Shown piece after piece: positions 27,672-39,340 of a stretch of DNA of 64,000 nucleotides. A program made the translations under genes and the position numbers. Under the pieces are notes generated by a model. It saw only the letters and a program-made list of their open reading frames with translations. It had not been told where the DNA came from and made no database searches. The stretch's first letter is position 1, and each line of letters begins with the position of its first letter. Source of the stretch: Octopus sinensis. Its lineage: Eukaryota. Location: positions 32,860,001 to 32,924,000 of the forward strand of contig NC_043004.1 of NCBI RefSeq assembly GCF_006345805.1. Reading direction: 5' to 3'.

Positions 27672-28290
27672 CTTTGTAGCATTGTAACGTTGTAGCATTG
27701 TAACGTTGTAGTATTGTAGCATTGTAACGTTGTAGCATTGTAACGTTGTAGCATTGTAGCATTGTAACGTTGTAGCATTGTAACGTTGTAGCATTGTAAC
27801 GTTGTAGCATTGTAACGCTGTAGCATTGTAGCATTGTAACGTTGTAGCATTGTAGCATTGTGACGTTGTAGCATTGTAACGTTCTAGCATTGTAACGTTG
27901 TAACGTTGTAGCATTGTAACGCTGTAGCATTGTAGCATTGTGACGTTGTAGCATTGTAACGTTGTAGCATTGTAACGTTGTAACGTTGTAGCATTGTAAC
28001 GCTGTAGCATTGTAGCATTGCAACGTTGTAGCATTGTAACGTTGTAACGTTGTAGCATTGTAACGCTGTAGCATTGTAGCATTGCAACGTTGTAGCATTG
28101 TAACGTTGTAACGTTGTAGCATTGTAACGCTGTAGCATTGTAACGTTGTAACGTTGTAGCATTGTAATGTCGTAGCATTGTAACATTGTAACGTTGTAGC
28201 ATTGTAACGTTGTAGCATTGTAACGTTGTAGCATTGTAACATTGTAACGTTGTAGCATTGTAGCATTGTAACGTTGTAGCATTTTAGCGG
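27672..28290. repeat. 8-bp minisatellite C(A/G)TTGTA(A/G), ~77 units, with higher-order repeats
   Basis: Parses into cattgtaa, cgttgtag, cattgtag, cgttgtaa, cgctgtag, cattgtga and cattgcaa units; degenerate flanks run ~27400-28560. Confidence 0.95.
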
Positions 28291-29446
28291 TGTAGCGTAG
28301 CAGTGCACCAGTGTTGTATAACAATGAATTAACGTACATTGTAGCGGTGCATCGTAGCAGTCTGGTGCAACAATAAAATAAGGTAGCAACATAGCATTTG
28401 CAGTTTAGGAATGGAGCAATGCAGTATGCATTGAAGCAACAGCTGTGTAAAAGAAAAGTTGAATAATGCAGCAGCTTATTAACGTAGCCATACAGCGTAA
28501 TAATGTGTGAGTATAGCCTAGTTGTGTAACATAGCCATGGAGCTGAGTCTAGCGATGAAATACAGCAATAAAGTTGATATAAATTTATGGTCCAAAATAA
28601 AAGCTGATTCCAATATTTCTATATGAAACCATTAGGTTTGTTGTTTTCACGTGAATTTGGTCTTCAGTTTGGCACCAGTTAAAGTCAGAACTACTGCCAG
28701 AACTCTTGTAGTTAGCTTTACTTTTATTGTTACTGTGCTGTCGAGCCCCATGTCAATTCTGACTCAAAAGCTGTCTAGTCGTGACCATCCAGTCTTTTAA
28801 TAAGACATCATATATCAGAGAATCTTCTCTTTGATATGCTAGATTGGAATTTGAGTGGGATTTAGTTGTTATTTCAAAGGAGTTGAAAACAAAACGGACA
28901 GGCTTCCTTATAGACATGCTCTGATAGTGGAATACCTCGTGACTGTTTTCCCACCGGATTTTTCCCTCGTAGAATTTGATTTCAACTCTGTACAGTAATA
29001 AAGAAGTAGAATAAGAATAAACATTCGTCAGATATACAATGCTACCGCCTCTTATTGGCCCTTGAATAAAACTTGAATGAAGGATTGGCAATACTATAAT
29101 TTCAGTCTTCTTCATAAAACCCAGCGCAACAAAATTATTCTTGCAATATATTTTGTCCACGAATAGATTTGAACACCGCACTACAAGTTTATCGATTGCA
29201 AAGTGTGTCTAAAAGGAAAAGGATTATAATTTCCTTTGCATCCATTATAACGAGGAGAAGAAGAATCGGTAGCTGTTGCAAATGTGTGGTTCGCTTTGTA
29301 CTATTATTGATTGTGTCTGGCTTTGCAAGAGAACCTTCCGAGACCAACTAATCTGATTATTGTCCTTCGTGATGTGGTTCTGGTATTGAAAGAATTCGAC
29401 GTTGATAGATTTCCAGCTGCCGTCATAATATTTCATTCAAGTGAAA

Positions 29447-29650
29447 GGTAGAATCGCTGGCGTGTGCTGGTCAAAATGCTTTGCAGCATTTCATCCGTCT
29501 TTATGTTCTGGGTCCAAACTCCGCCGAGGTCGACTTTGCGTTTTATCCTTTCGAGATCGATAAAATAAATATCAATTGAGCATTGAGGTCGATGAAATCG
29601 ACTCACCCCTCTCCTGAAATTGCTGGCTCTGTGCCAAAAATTTGAAACCA
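29447..29650 (+). mobile_element. SINE family B (tail type 2)
   Basis: ccgccgaggtcgactttgc..atcctttcgagatcgataaa...gtgccaaaaatttgaaacc. Confidence 0.8.
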
Positions 29651-29680
29651 AAATTTCAATCAACTGCTTCTGTTTTTCAG

Positions 29681-29807
29681 CTACGTTGATTATATGCTGT
29701 TGATGACGTATAACTATCACGGCCAATGGGAAGAAGTGACTGGACATCACAGCGGGATTTTTAAACATTGGAAAGATGGATCTGGCGAGAAGAGCGAACT
29801 AAATGCG
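29681..29807 (+). CDS. Chitinase exon 6: YVDYMLLMTYNYHGQWEEVTGHHSGIFKHWKDGSGEKSELNA
   Basis: Acceptor ctgtttttcag, donor GCG|GTAAAT, and the D...LMTYxxHG.W..TGH.S motif. Confidence 0.94.
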
Positions 29808-30209
29808 GTAAATGACTCCTAAATGTTTATTTAATTACTGTAGTAAAACCATCAAACACAGAGATGCTATTACTGTAGTCTTTGTAGGATAAAGTAATGA
29901 AGAACATAGACATTATTACTGTAGCCTGTACAGGATAAAAACAATCAAGAGTAGAGATATTATTTGATTATTAAGTCTCTAAGACATCAAAGCTATTTTC
30001 GAAAGTTAAACAAGGATGTCTGGCAATAAAACTAACAAGGGAAATAGAATTGTTAAATAGAATTGTTTGTGTTGCGAGATAGGGACAAGACTTCTATTCC
30101 TGTCTCAAGCCATTTCACTTTACGGGGAAAATCCATTGATACTCCGCATTCCCACCTTTTCTTTATAGGATATTTTCTGATTATTCAACAGAAACCAATA
30201 GTATTGGTT

Positions 30210-30420
30210 TCCAATTTTGGCACAATGCCAGCAATTTTAGGGGAGGTGGGTAAATCAATTACATCAACCCCAGTGCATGACCGGTACATATTTTACCGAC
30301 CCGAAAAGGATGAAAGGTAAGGTCGACTTCGGCTGAATGTGAACTCAAACCATACACACGGACGAAACGCCGCTAAGCGTGTCGTCCGGCGTGCTAACAG
30401 TTCCGCCATCTTACCACCTT
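30210..30420 (-). mobile_element. SINE family B (tail type 2)
   Basis: Reverse complement of family B. Confidence 0.8.
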
Positions 30421-30799
30421 AAAGAAACCATTAATATTCGTTTCTAACTTTGTCACAAAATTACTTATTGCCGAAGAAAAAGGCAATATGTCGCTTAAAT
30501 AGACCCCAATACTTAACTGACCCTGAAAAGGCGAAAGGAAAAGTTACCTTTGTTAAATTTTCAACTTAATATTTAAAACAATACTGGTGGTGGCTTAAAT
30601 ACCACAAGGTATTTTGTCTGTGAGTACATTGCTCTTAAAGAAAGTAAAAATCCCGACGACTGACAAGACAACTGCAGCGAGAGACATTGTTCCTTCCCGG
30701 CAAACCTCTAAGTTACGGGGATGTAAATGCACCAACAACGGTTATCAAGCAGAGGACAAACACACAAACGCGCGCGCACACGCACATACACACATGCAA

Positions 30800-30935
30800 C
30801 TGGCTTCTTTCAGTTTCCGTCTACCAAGTCCACTTGTAAAGCTTTGGTCTGCCTGAGGCTAGAGTAGAAGACAATTGCCCAATGTGACACGCAGTGGGAT
30901 TGAACTCGGACCCATGTAGATGGGAAGCAAGCTTT
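30800..30935 (-). mobile_element. SINE family A, 5' fragment
   Basis: Reverse complement of head and core. Confidence 0.75.
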
Positions 30936-31119
30936 TTGGTAGAACGGTCATTTCTGCCAAGATGCCTTATTTTTTACCCACTTTTTTAAAAATAAAATCT
31001 TAAAGTGAAATGGTTTTTTAGTGTTTTCTTTTTAGTGAGTTAAGCGACATTAATGCAGCTTACTCATTGAGCTAGGCATCATTATTACTCAATGAGCTAA
31101 GCGACATTACTTTAAAATA

Positions 31120-31447
31120 GAGGAGTGCTGAAAAGTTCCTGGCTTTAAGGGTGTTGCGAAAGGCCTGGTTGGAAACCCAAACTTCTGAGTTCTTTTACAG
31201 GGTTTAGAAAAACTGAAGGACCACTGCAATAAGTATGTGAATCTGAGAGGGTAATACGTTGCATAAAATCATAATTAACAGGCGTAGGAGTGGCTGTGTG
31301 GTAAGTAGCTTGCTTACAAACCACATGGTTCCAGGTTCAGTCCCACTGCGTGGCATCTTGGGCAAGTGTCTTCTATTATAGCCTCGGGCCGACCAAAGCC
31401 TTGTGAGTGGATTTGGTAGACGGAAAACTGAAAGAAGTCCGTCGTAC

Positions 31448-31520
<73 letters not shown>

Positions 31521-31791
31521 TGTATGTGTGTTTGTCCCCCCTCCAACATCGCTTGGCAACTGATGCTGGTGTGTTTACGTCCCCGTAACTTAGCGTTTCG
31601 GTAAAAGAGACCGATAGAATAAATACCAGGCTGGCAAAGAATAGGTTTTGGGGGTCGATTTGCTCGACCTATAGGTGGTGCTCCAGCATGGCCACTGTCA
31701 AATGACTGAAACAATTAAAAGAGTAAAAGAGTAACTGATCTTCCTGCATTTTTCTTTTATCCAAAACCAGGAACCTTTTCGCACCCCAGCG
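31120..31791 (+). mobile_element. mariner-derived MITE interrupted by a SINE A (31280-31733)
   Basis: TA|gaggagtgctgaaaagttcctgg ... ccaggaaccttttcgcaccccagcg|TA; relic transposase C-terminus LQGLEKLKDHCNKYVNLRG*YV. Confidence 0.75.
31280..31733 (+). mobile_element. SINE family A, full length
   Basis: Complete head, core and tail. Confidence 0.9.
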
Positions 31792-32482
31792 TATCTTACA
31801 CAATGAGCTAAGCGGCATTAGCATAACTTACCCAGTAAGATAAGCGGTATTACTTCAGCACAACATTTTAAGACTGAGGGGAAACATCTGTAATTGAATA
31901 TGAAGTTTTCTTCTTAGATGAAATAAAGGAACTCTCACTATTTACACATTAGTAATAAGATCTCGTGATACAATGTCGTTTGCATCACGGATATCCGTTG
32001 TCCTGCAGCTTGTCAGATGACTTCCTGTAAAACTAGTCGCTCCCTCTTTTCTCAGATCAATGGTAATTTAATGGAATCCATTGATATACTCTAAAAAGTG
32101 GGTTGTAATCAAAATACTAATGAATACCTATCAAACAATAACTGCAAAATTTAATAATACTTACAACACAATAACTCAGCTGGTATGCCCTGGGAGACAC
32201 CGATTTGATGACACACGATTCAATACCTCTCAAGACAGGTATTTGAAAGTAGCTATTTCGCATTCGTAATGGCAGAAGGAAGCGCCGATTATAATGTCAT
32301 TTCAGTAGAGCTTAATTCTACAACCAAAAAATAGAAATGTGATAATATGGTAATAGCAGTTATGTCAAGGTTTGTAATATAATTTTAGCGTCTGAAATGT
32401 AGATTTAATTCGCAGTTGGGCTATTTTAGCTCACTTGCTCATCCTACCTATGATTCTCGTCTATAATTAATAGTTTGGAGAG

Positions 32483-32521
<39 letters not shown>

Positions 32522-33032
32522 AGAAAGAGAAGATGAGAGAGGTGTGCTCTGATGTACCGACGTGAATGTATAACAAAGCAGTTATAGATTAATTTTATTT
32601 GTCTTTTCAGAAATAACCTTATAGTCTACTAGTGTCCCTGTATGAGGGCCTGTAGACAATGTCTGGGACACACCAGCAATAACACAATTAGAAACGTCAG
32701 ATTCGTCAATCTTATAATGCCAATCGATAATGTAATTTAAATTCTATTCGTATTCTACAATTCAGTTTAAATTTAGTGTCATTATATAAAAATGTACAAT
32801 TAAGCATGTATGTGCGGTAAGACGTTTGCATCCAAGCAGTAATTACAATAATGATATGACTTCAGTAGAAAATAGAAGCGCAAACATAGATTCCTACAAA
32901 ATTCTCTGCGTATAAACATTGCGGCATCAATGGCAGAAAGTATTGTTCAGCTGATAGACAAAACGGAAGGTTTCTGAACCCGTTTGTGCGGCGCAGAATA
33001 TCCCGTTAACACTTGCAAGAAGAAGAAGCATT

Positions 33033-33449
33033 AATTGTACTCTTTTACTCTTTCACTTGTTTCAGCCATTTGACTGCAGCCATGCTGGAACAGCGCCTTT
33101 AGTCGAGTACATCGACTCCAGGACTTATTCTTTGTAAGCCTAGTGCTTATTCTATCGGTCTCTTTTGCCGAACCGGTAAGTTACGGGGACGTAAACACAC
33201 CAGCATCGAGTGTCAAGCGATGCTGGGGGGAGCAAACATAGACACACAAACACACACACACACACACACACATACATATATACGATGGGCTTCTTTTAGT
33301 TTCCGTCTACCAAATCCGCTCACAAGGCTTTGGTCAGCCTAAGGCTATAGTAGAAGACACTCGCTCAAGGTGGCACGCAGTGGGACTGAAAAGTGGAACC
33401 ATGTGGTTGATAAGCAAGCTACTTACCACACAGTCACTCCTGCGCCTAT
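33033..33449 (-). mobile_element. SINE family A, full length
   Basis: Complete reverse-complement copy. Confidence 0.9.
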
Positions 33450-33484
33450 ATACAATATCGTGGTTAATAATAGCCTTTTTTTAC

Positions 33485-33897
33485 CATAGGCACATGACCT
33501 GAAATTTGGCGGGAGAGACTAGTCAATTGCATAGAACTCAGTTCTTGACTGGTTGTTAATTTATCCGAAAGGATAAAATGTAAAGTCGACCTCGGCGGAA
33601 TTTGAACTCAGAACGTGAAGATGGACGAAACGCCGCCAAGCATTTTGCCTGGTGTGCAAACGATTCTGCCAGATAATTACCTTCAAAGTGCTTAGTTATA
33701 ACGGTTTCAAATTTTGGCACAAGGCCAGCATTTTGAGGGAGATGCTAAGTTTTTAAATCGATCCCAGTACCCAACTGGTACTTATTTTATCGATCTCGAA
33801 AGGACGAAAGGCAAAGTCGACATCCAGAACGTAAAGGCAATCGAAATACCACAAAGCATTTTTTCCCGACGTGTTAATGATTCTGCCGGCTCGTCAT
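33485..33897 (-). mobile_element. Two tandem SINE family B copies
   Basis: Two successive ...aaagtcgac...cagaacgt..attctgcc blocks. Confidence 0.8.
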
Positions 33898-33987
33898 CTT
33901 AGAGTGTTTAATAATATCATAATGTAATTCAAAGCTCCTCGCAATGATAATGATACAGTTTATCATGGAATATTCTTTTCTTTTCAG

Positions 33988-34173
33988 GAATGGTCTATTA
34001 ATTTTTGGCTTAGGGCTGGTATCCCTCGATCTAAACTCATTATTGGTATCCCTACCTATGGAATGAGCTACACTTTACAAGATCCTAATACTCACGACTT
34101 ATTTGCTCCAGCAAACGGTGGCGGTAATAAAGGTGCTTATACAGATGAAAAAGGTGTTCTGTCATATTATGAG
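33988..34173 (+). CDS. Chitinase exon 7: EWSINFWLRAGIPRSKLIIGIPTYGMSYTLQDPNTHDLFAPANGGGNKGAYTDEKGVLSYYE
   Basis: Acceptor ttcttttcttttcag, donor GAG|GTAAGG, KL..GIPTYG and G.LSYYE motifs. Confidence 0.95.
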
Positions 34174-34440
34174 GTAAGGCAGATTTAATACATTAAGGTA
34201 GAAACTTCTAAACATTCCACTTGAAACATTCACCTTTATAGTATTTAACTATAAAACGTTGAAATTTTCGTCACGAGTGATTCAGTTAAAAAACATTCAA
34301 ACATTAAATGTTTCCATCCATCCATCCATCCATCCATCCATCCATCCATCCATCCATCCATCCATACATACATAATACATACATACATACATACATACAT
34401 ACATACATACATACATACTACATACATACATACATACATA

Positions 34441-34473
<33 letters not shown>

Positions 34474-35435
34474 GTATGTATGTATGTATGTATGTATGTA
34501 TGTATGTATGTATGTATGTATGTATGCATGTATGTGTGCGCGGACGTTTATATAACTATCAAGAGCTCTTGGTTTTACGCAGAATGTACAATTTTTTCGG
34601 CATGCACATGCTGCATTTTCCGGAATGATATATGAATGATTTCACTCATTCGACAATCCTACATTTAATATTGTCGAAGTTTCTGCCTTTCATTTTCCGG
34701 ATGCATTAGTTATCGTCGTGGTGTTTCTTTTGTTGAGGTGTCTGAAGGATGTTTCATAGTAGTAAGATCCTTCTCGAACCTTCCCTTCCATATGCCTATG
34801 TAACTTTCGCACGGTTCAGCGACGATATAAATACAAGAAAGCAGAAATTCACCAGGTATTTCAACGTGAAAAGTTCGTCCTGTACAATCAGGAAATTCTA
34901 ATAACGTTAAATTAGTAGTACCATACCATACCATACCATACCATATCATACATATATGCACACCCTCCATTTCCCTCTCTTTACCTTCTTCTAGTTTTCG
35001 CAAGAATTTAATAACCATTCCACCCTCACCACCATACCTGTAACAGCGCTCCTATAAACGGTTGATTTATCGTTTCACTGCCCACTACATTTTATAGAAC
35101 ATACGCCAACGCACAAATTTTAGTACATTTCTGATATGAACTTTCAAGTACATTCTAAAGGCTCATATAACAAAATAACTTTTGATGGTACTGAGGATAA
35201 AACTTCGCATTTTTGTAATCATAGGTATCGACAATTCAAGGGGCAAAAGTTAGTTTCATGTAGAATTAAATTGCCGTTTTTGGATTTCAATTTTATGCAG
35301 ATATAATATTTAATGAAATCTAATGAACGCAACCTAGATTTACTAAAATCTGAGTTATTGCCTTCCCCATCAAATGTTTATATTTATTCACAGCCCGATG
35401 ATTGAAACAAAAGTGTGTGTGAGTGTGTGTGAGTG

Positions 35436-35477
<42 letters not shown>

Positions 35478-36164
35478 TGTACTTCTGCTGGATATTTTCG
35501 ATCGAATTGTCGGTACAATCAATAAGTTAAGGGGTGCCGTTCGGGAACCTGACGATATGGCACACTTTTATAACATACGTAACACACATAATTGCATACA
35601 TTTATATGTAAGTAATGGGTTACGGAAAGACGTGTAGCTTGGCGAGAACGGCCTTTGTTCCATCCGTTTAACTTTGTGTACATATATGCGTACACACACG
35701 TTTTTTTTTTACACGGGTAACGTTGACAGTAACTTCGAAGTTCCGACTTCATTGTTTCATGGAGAACAAGCCGAAACTTCGAAGTTCAACCTTTCCTTGG
35801 GAAAGTTAATAAATATGTACTCTACTAAAAAGTACTGAGATATTGTTCAGTTTAATATCAAAATGTTATTATACATAACTTCACAAAACAACAAACATTA
35901 TTACACCCCGCCCACATCTATATCTATATATATATCTATATATACACACATACATATAGAATACGAACGTTTTTTGTGATGGGCGGGTGTACGAGCGTCA
36001 ATTATCTAGCTTGAATAATTGTGTCGCGGTCATAATAGACATGTAAAACTGAACAAATATAAAAATATGATTTGATTGCTGTTTCGTCTCCCCAAATCAT
36101 CAGAAATAGTATCCAAACACATTTGGTAGAATTCTGTATGTATTGCATGCGTACAAAATAGTAT

Positions 36165-36230
36165 AAATAGGGTGATTGCTGAGAAAAAGTATTGCAAATA
36201 GGGTGATTGCTGAGAAAAAGTATTGCAAAT
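36165..36230 (+). repeat. Perfect 31-bp tandem duplication
   Basis: aaatagggtgattgctgagaaaaagtattgc x2. Confidence 0.95.
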
Positions 36231-37158
36231 CGGGGCAAGTTATTTTTTTTTTGTTAAAGAAATATAATAGAAGTTTTTACTCATCAAAATTTAAGGATGA
36301 CTTCAATTTTTTTCAAAAATACATCCTTGAACTTCATTTAACCTATCGAGAAAATACAACAGATACGCGGACAAGTACATATCGAACCAATAAATGGCAT
36401 TTAAAGGCCTGTTAGTCGCTTTTCCCCGCAAAATGATGTCCCTGAAATTTGGTTGTCTCTTGTGGACAAAAGTTTCATTGTTGGATACAAGCAGGTGATG
36501 AATAATGGTTCAGCCTAAACTGAGGCGAAATTTATAAACACGTGCGCCTTGTAAACACCTAGATACGGCTATATAAAGTTGTTCATTACAGAACGTCTCT
36601 TCCAATTAATGGAAGATTTAAATGAACAAAAATGATGGTTTTAGACGCATTTTGTATTCTTTATAGGATGACAGGTGCCAAAGTAATTTTAGAAGCGTTC
36701 ATAATTCTTTGCAATTTCTTTGTAAACAGAACAGGGAAAACAAACAGAGAATAAGATGTAATTATTAACGACTTGAAAGGTGGAGCACATTAATACTCAG
36801 TATGTGTCATGGAGAAAATAGGTTGTCACTTATAATCACATCTGTCTATCCGTCGTTAAATACGTATATATAATACATCTTGTCTGTACAACTAGATGTG
36901 CGATTGTTACTATTGAGTTCAGAGTTCTACGCGAATTACCATCACCTAGAATAGTGTTTTGATTATTACTTTACTTAGTAGTATTACTAGTTATGATGTA
37001 CAGAGCAAATGTCGAAGGAATTAGGATAATCACAAGTTTGTATCATTTGTTCTCTACGTACGTTTCACTGTTGTGGTTCTTTACATTGGTTGTTTTGGAT
37101 GTTTTGAGTGTGTATTGGATACGGAACCACGACAGATCATCAGGGCAACACTTTATTG

Positions 37159-37198
<40 letters not shown>

Positions 37199-37212
37199 TA
37201 CAAGAAAATTTT

Positions 37213-37281
37213 ACATAGAGTTACTCAAGGTTTCGCACTCACGAAGCCAACGCCTTGTGGACAGCTCTTCAGACTCTACAT
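37213..37281 (-). ncRNA. Type I hammerhead ribozyme candidate
   Basis: Minus strand reads atgtagagt-CTGAAGA-gc...gc-GAAA-c cttga GTA-actctatgt: full catalytic core, 9-bp stem I, G-C closed stem II, minimal stem III and a GUA cleavage triplet. Confidence 0.7.
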
Positions 37282-37417
37282 GAATAGAAAATTTTAAATT
37301 ATCTACGTCGCTGACGTAGATAATAAAATTGACTACTTTTCTGAGGAAACGGTCTGAACTCAAGGAATACAAAAAAAAAACGTTCATCAGGACGGGTTAT
37401 TTCCCCTTAATCATACA

Positions 37418-37453
<36 letters not shown>

Positions 37454-37827
37454 CGCACACACACACACATACACATACACTTTCACACACACGCACTCAG
37501 ATACATACATACATCTTTCTCTCTTGGCGAGAATTCTTGAAATAAAACCGCACGACATTATGCGATTATCTAAGATGACATCCAGGAGTTAATATTTGGA
37601 AAGCCTAAAGGAAGGCTCGAATGTCTCGATTGGCACTTGTTTCGAAGAAAATAGTTTTTTTCGTAAAAAGTAAGCACAATAGCTTATTCTTTTGATGAAC
37701 TTAAGAAAAATCATTAATAAATCATTTTCGGTCGCATTTTTTTTCTTTGTATATAGAAGTCATTTTGTAATAACTGATATCAAGCGTAATTGAAGTATAT
37801 TAAATGTGTCTTATCTCTGTTTGATAG

Positions 37828-37950
37828 ATATGTGAAAATATTCGAGAACGGGGTTGGAAAAGCGCCTGGATTGACCCACAGAAAGTACCTTATGCCTACG
37901 GAGGTAATCAATGGGTGGGTTTCGAGAATATAATCAGTGTTCAAATTAAG
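37828..37950 (+). CDS. Chitinase exon 8: ICENIRERGWKSAWIDPQKVPYAYGGNQWVGFENIISVQIK
   Basis: Acceptor ctctgtttgatag, donor AAG|GTAATG, chitinase insertion-domain motif VPYAY..QWVG. Confidence 0.94.
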
Positions 37951-38034
37951 GTAATGTAGCCACTTATTGATTTTTAAAATTTCGATACTAGCTATTTTGT
38001 TTGACATCATCAGTGATCGTTCGTTCGGCAAAAT

Positions 38035-38096
<62 letters not shown>

Positions 38097-38215
38097 ACTT
38101 AGAGTCTTCCCACCACCACGCAAGCAGACACTGAATTCCTGAGCGCACACGTGCACACTTACATACGCAAACATCACCAAACAATACGCCCATACTTCTT
38201 CTTTGCATATATATA

Positions 38216-38248
<33 letters not shown>

Positions 38249-38309
38249 GTGTGTATATATATGCACACACACACACACACATATGTATATACACACATAT
38301 GCATATACG

Positions 38310-38672
38310 GCATTCTGTCAGTTACGACGATGAAGGTTCCGGTCGAACCGATTAACGGAACAGCCTGCTCGTAATATTAACGTGCAAGTGGCTGAGCACT
38401 CCACAGACACATGTACCCTTAATGTAGTTCTCGGGGAGATTTAGGGTAATACAGAGTGTGACAAGGCTGGCCCTTTGAAATTCAGGTACAACTGAAGAAA
38501 GAGTGAGAGAAAGTTGAGTTGAAAGAGCACAGTAGGGTTTGCCACCACCTCCTGCCGGAGCTTCGTGGAGCTTTAGGTGTTTTCGCTCAATAAACACTCA
38601 CAATGCCCGGTCTGGGAATCAAAGCCGCGATCCTGCGACCGTGAGTCCGCTGCCCTAACCATTGGGCCATTG
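38310..38672 (-). mobile_element. tRNA-derived SINE family C
   Basis: Head tggcccaatggttagggcagcggactcacgg...ttgattccc on -; 3' part shared with 9381-9710. Confidence 0.8.
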
Positions 38673-38703
38673 CGCCTCCATATACAGATATTTACATATA
38701 CAT

Positions 38704-38779
<76 letters not shown>

Positions 38780-38983
38780 CATACATACACACATGTCTCC
38801 TCATATTATGTCTATGTACACTCACATATATGTATGGATTTTTTTAAAGTCCATCACCCTGACACATTTATAAAGATATGCAATTTATTAACAACCCCCA
38901 CACGCCAATCGATTATAGAAACTGAGTTCAACTCACGAGGTGGGCTCCGATCTGGATATCTTTAAATTCTACATTTACTTCAC

Positions 38984-39340
38984 GTGCAGGCGTGGCTGTG
39001 TGGTAAGTAGCTTGCTAACCAACCACATGGTTCCACGTTCAGTCCCACTGTGTGGCACCTTGGGCAAGTGTCTTCTACTATAGCCCTGTGAGTGGATTTA
39101 GTAGATGGAAACTGAAAGAAGCTTGTCGTATATATATATATATATATATAATATATATATATATATTATATATATATATATACATATATTTGTGTGTGTC
39201 TATGATTGTGTGTCTGTGTTTGTCCCCCATAATCGCTTGACAACCGATGTTGGTGTGTTTATATCCCCGTAACCTAGTTGTTCGGCAAGAGAGACCGATA
39301 GAATAAGTACTAGTCTTACAGAGAATAAATCCTGGGGTCG
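38984..39340 (+). mobile_element. SINE family A (tail truncated; abuts an inverted family B head at ~39340-39378)
   Basis: Head and core match family A. Confidence 0.85.

Noticed and set aside
27398-28392. Four long minus-strand ORFs (LQRYNAT repeats), or a CRISPR-like array
   Set aside because: These come from an 8-bp tandem repeat lacking stops on one strand; there are no unique spacers and no cas genes, and the context is eukaryotic.
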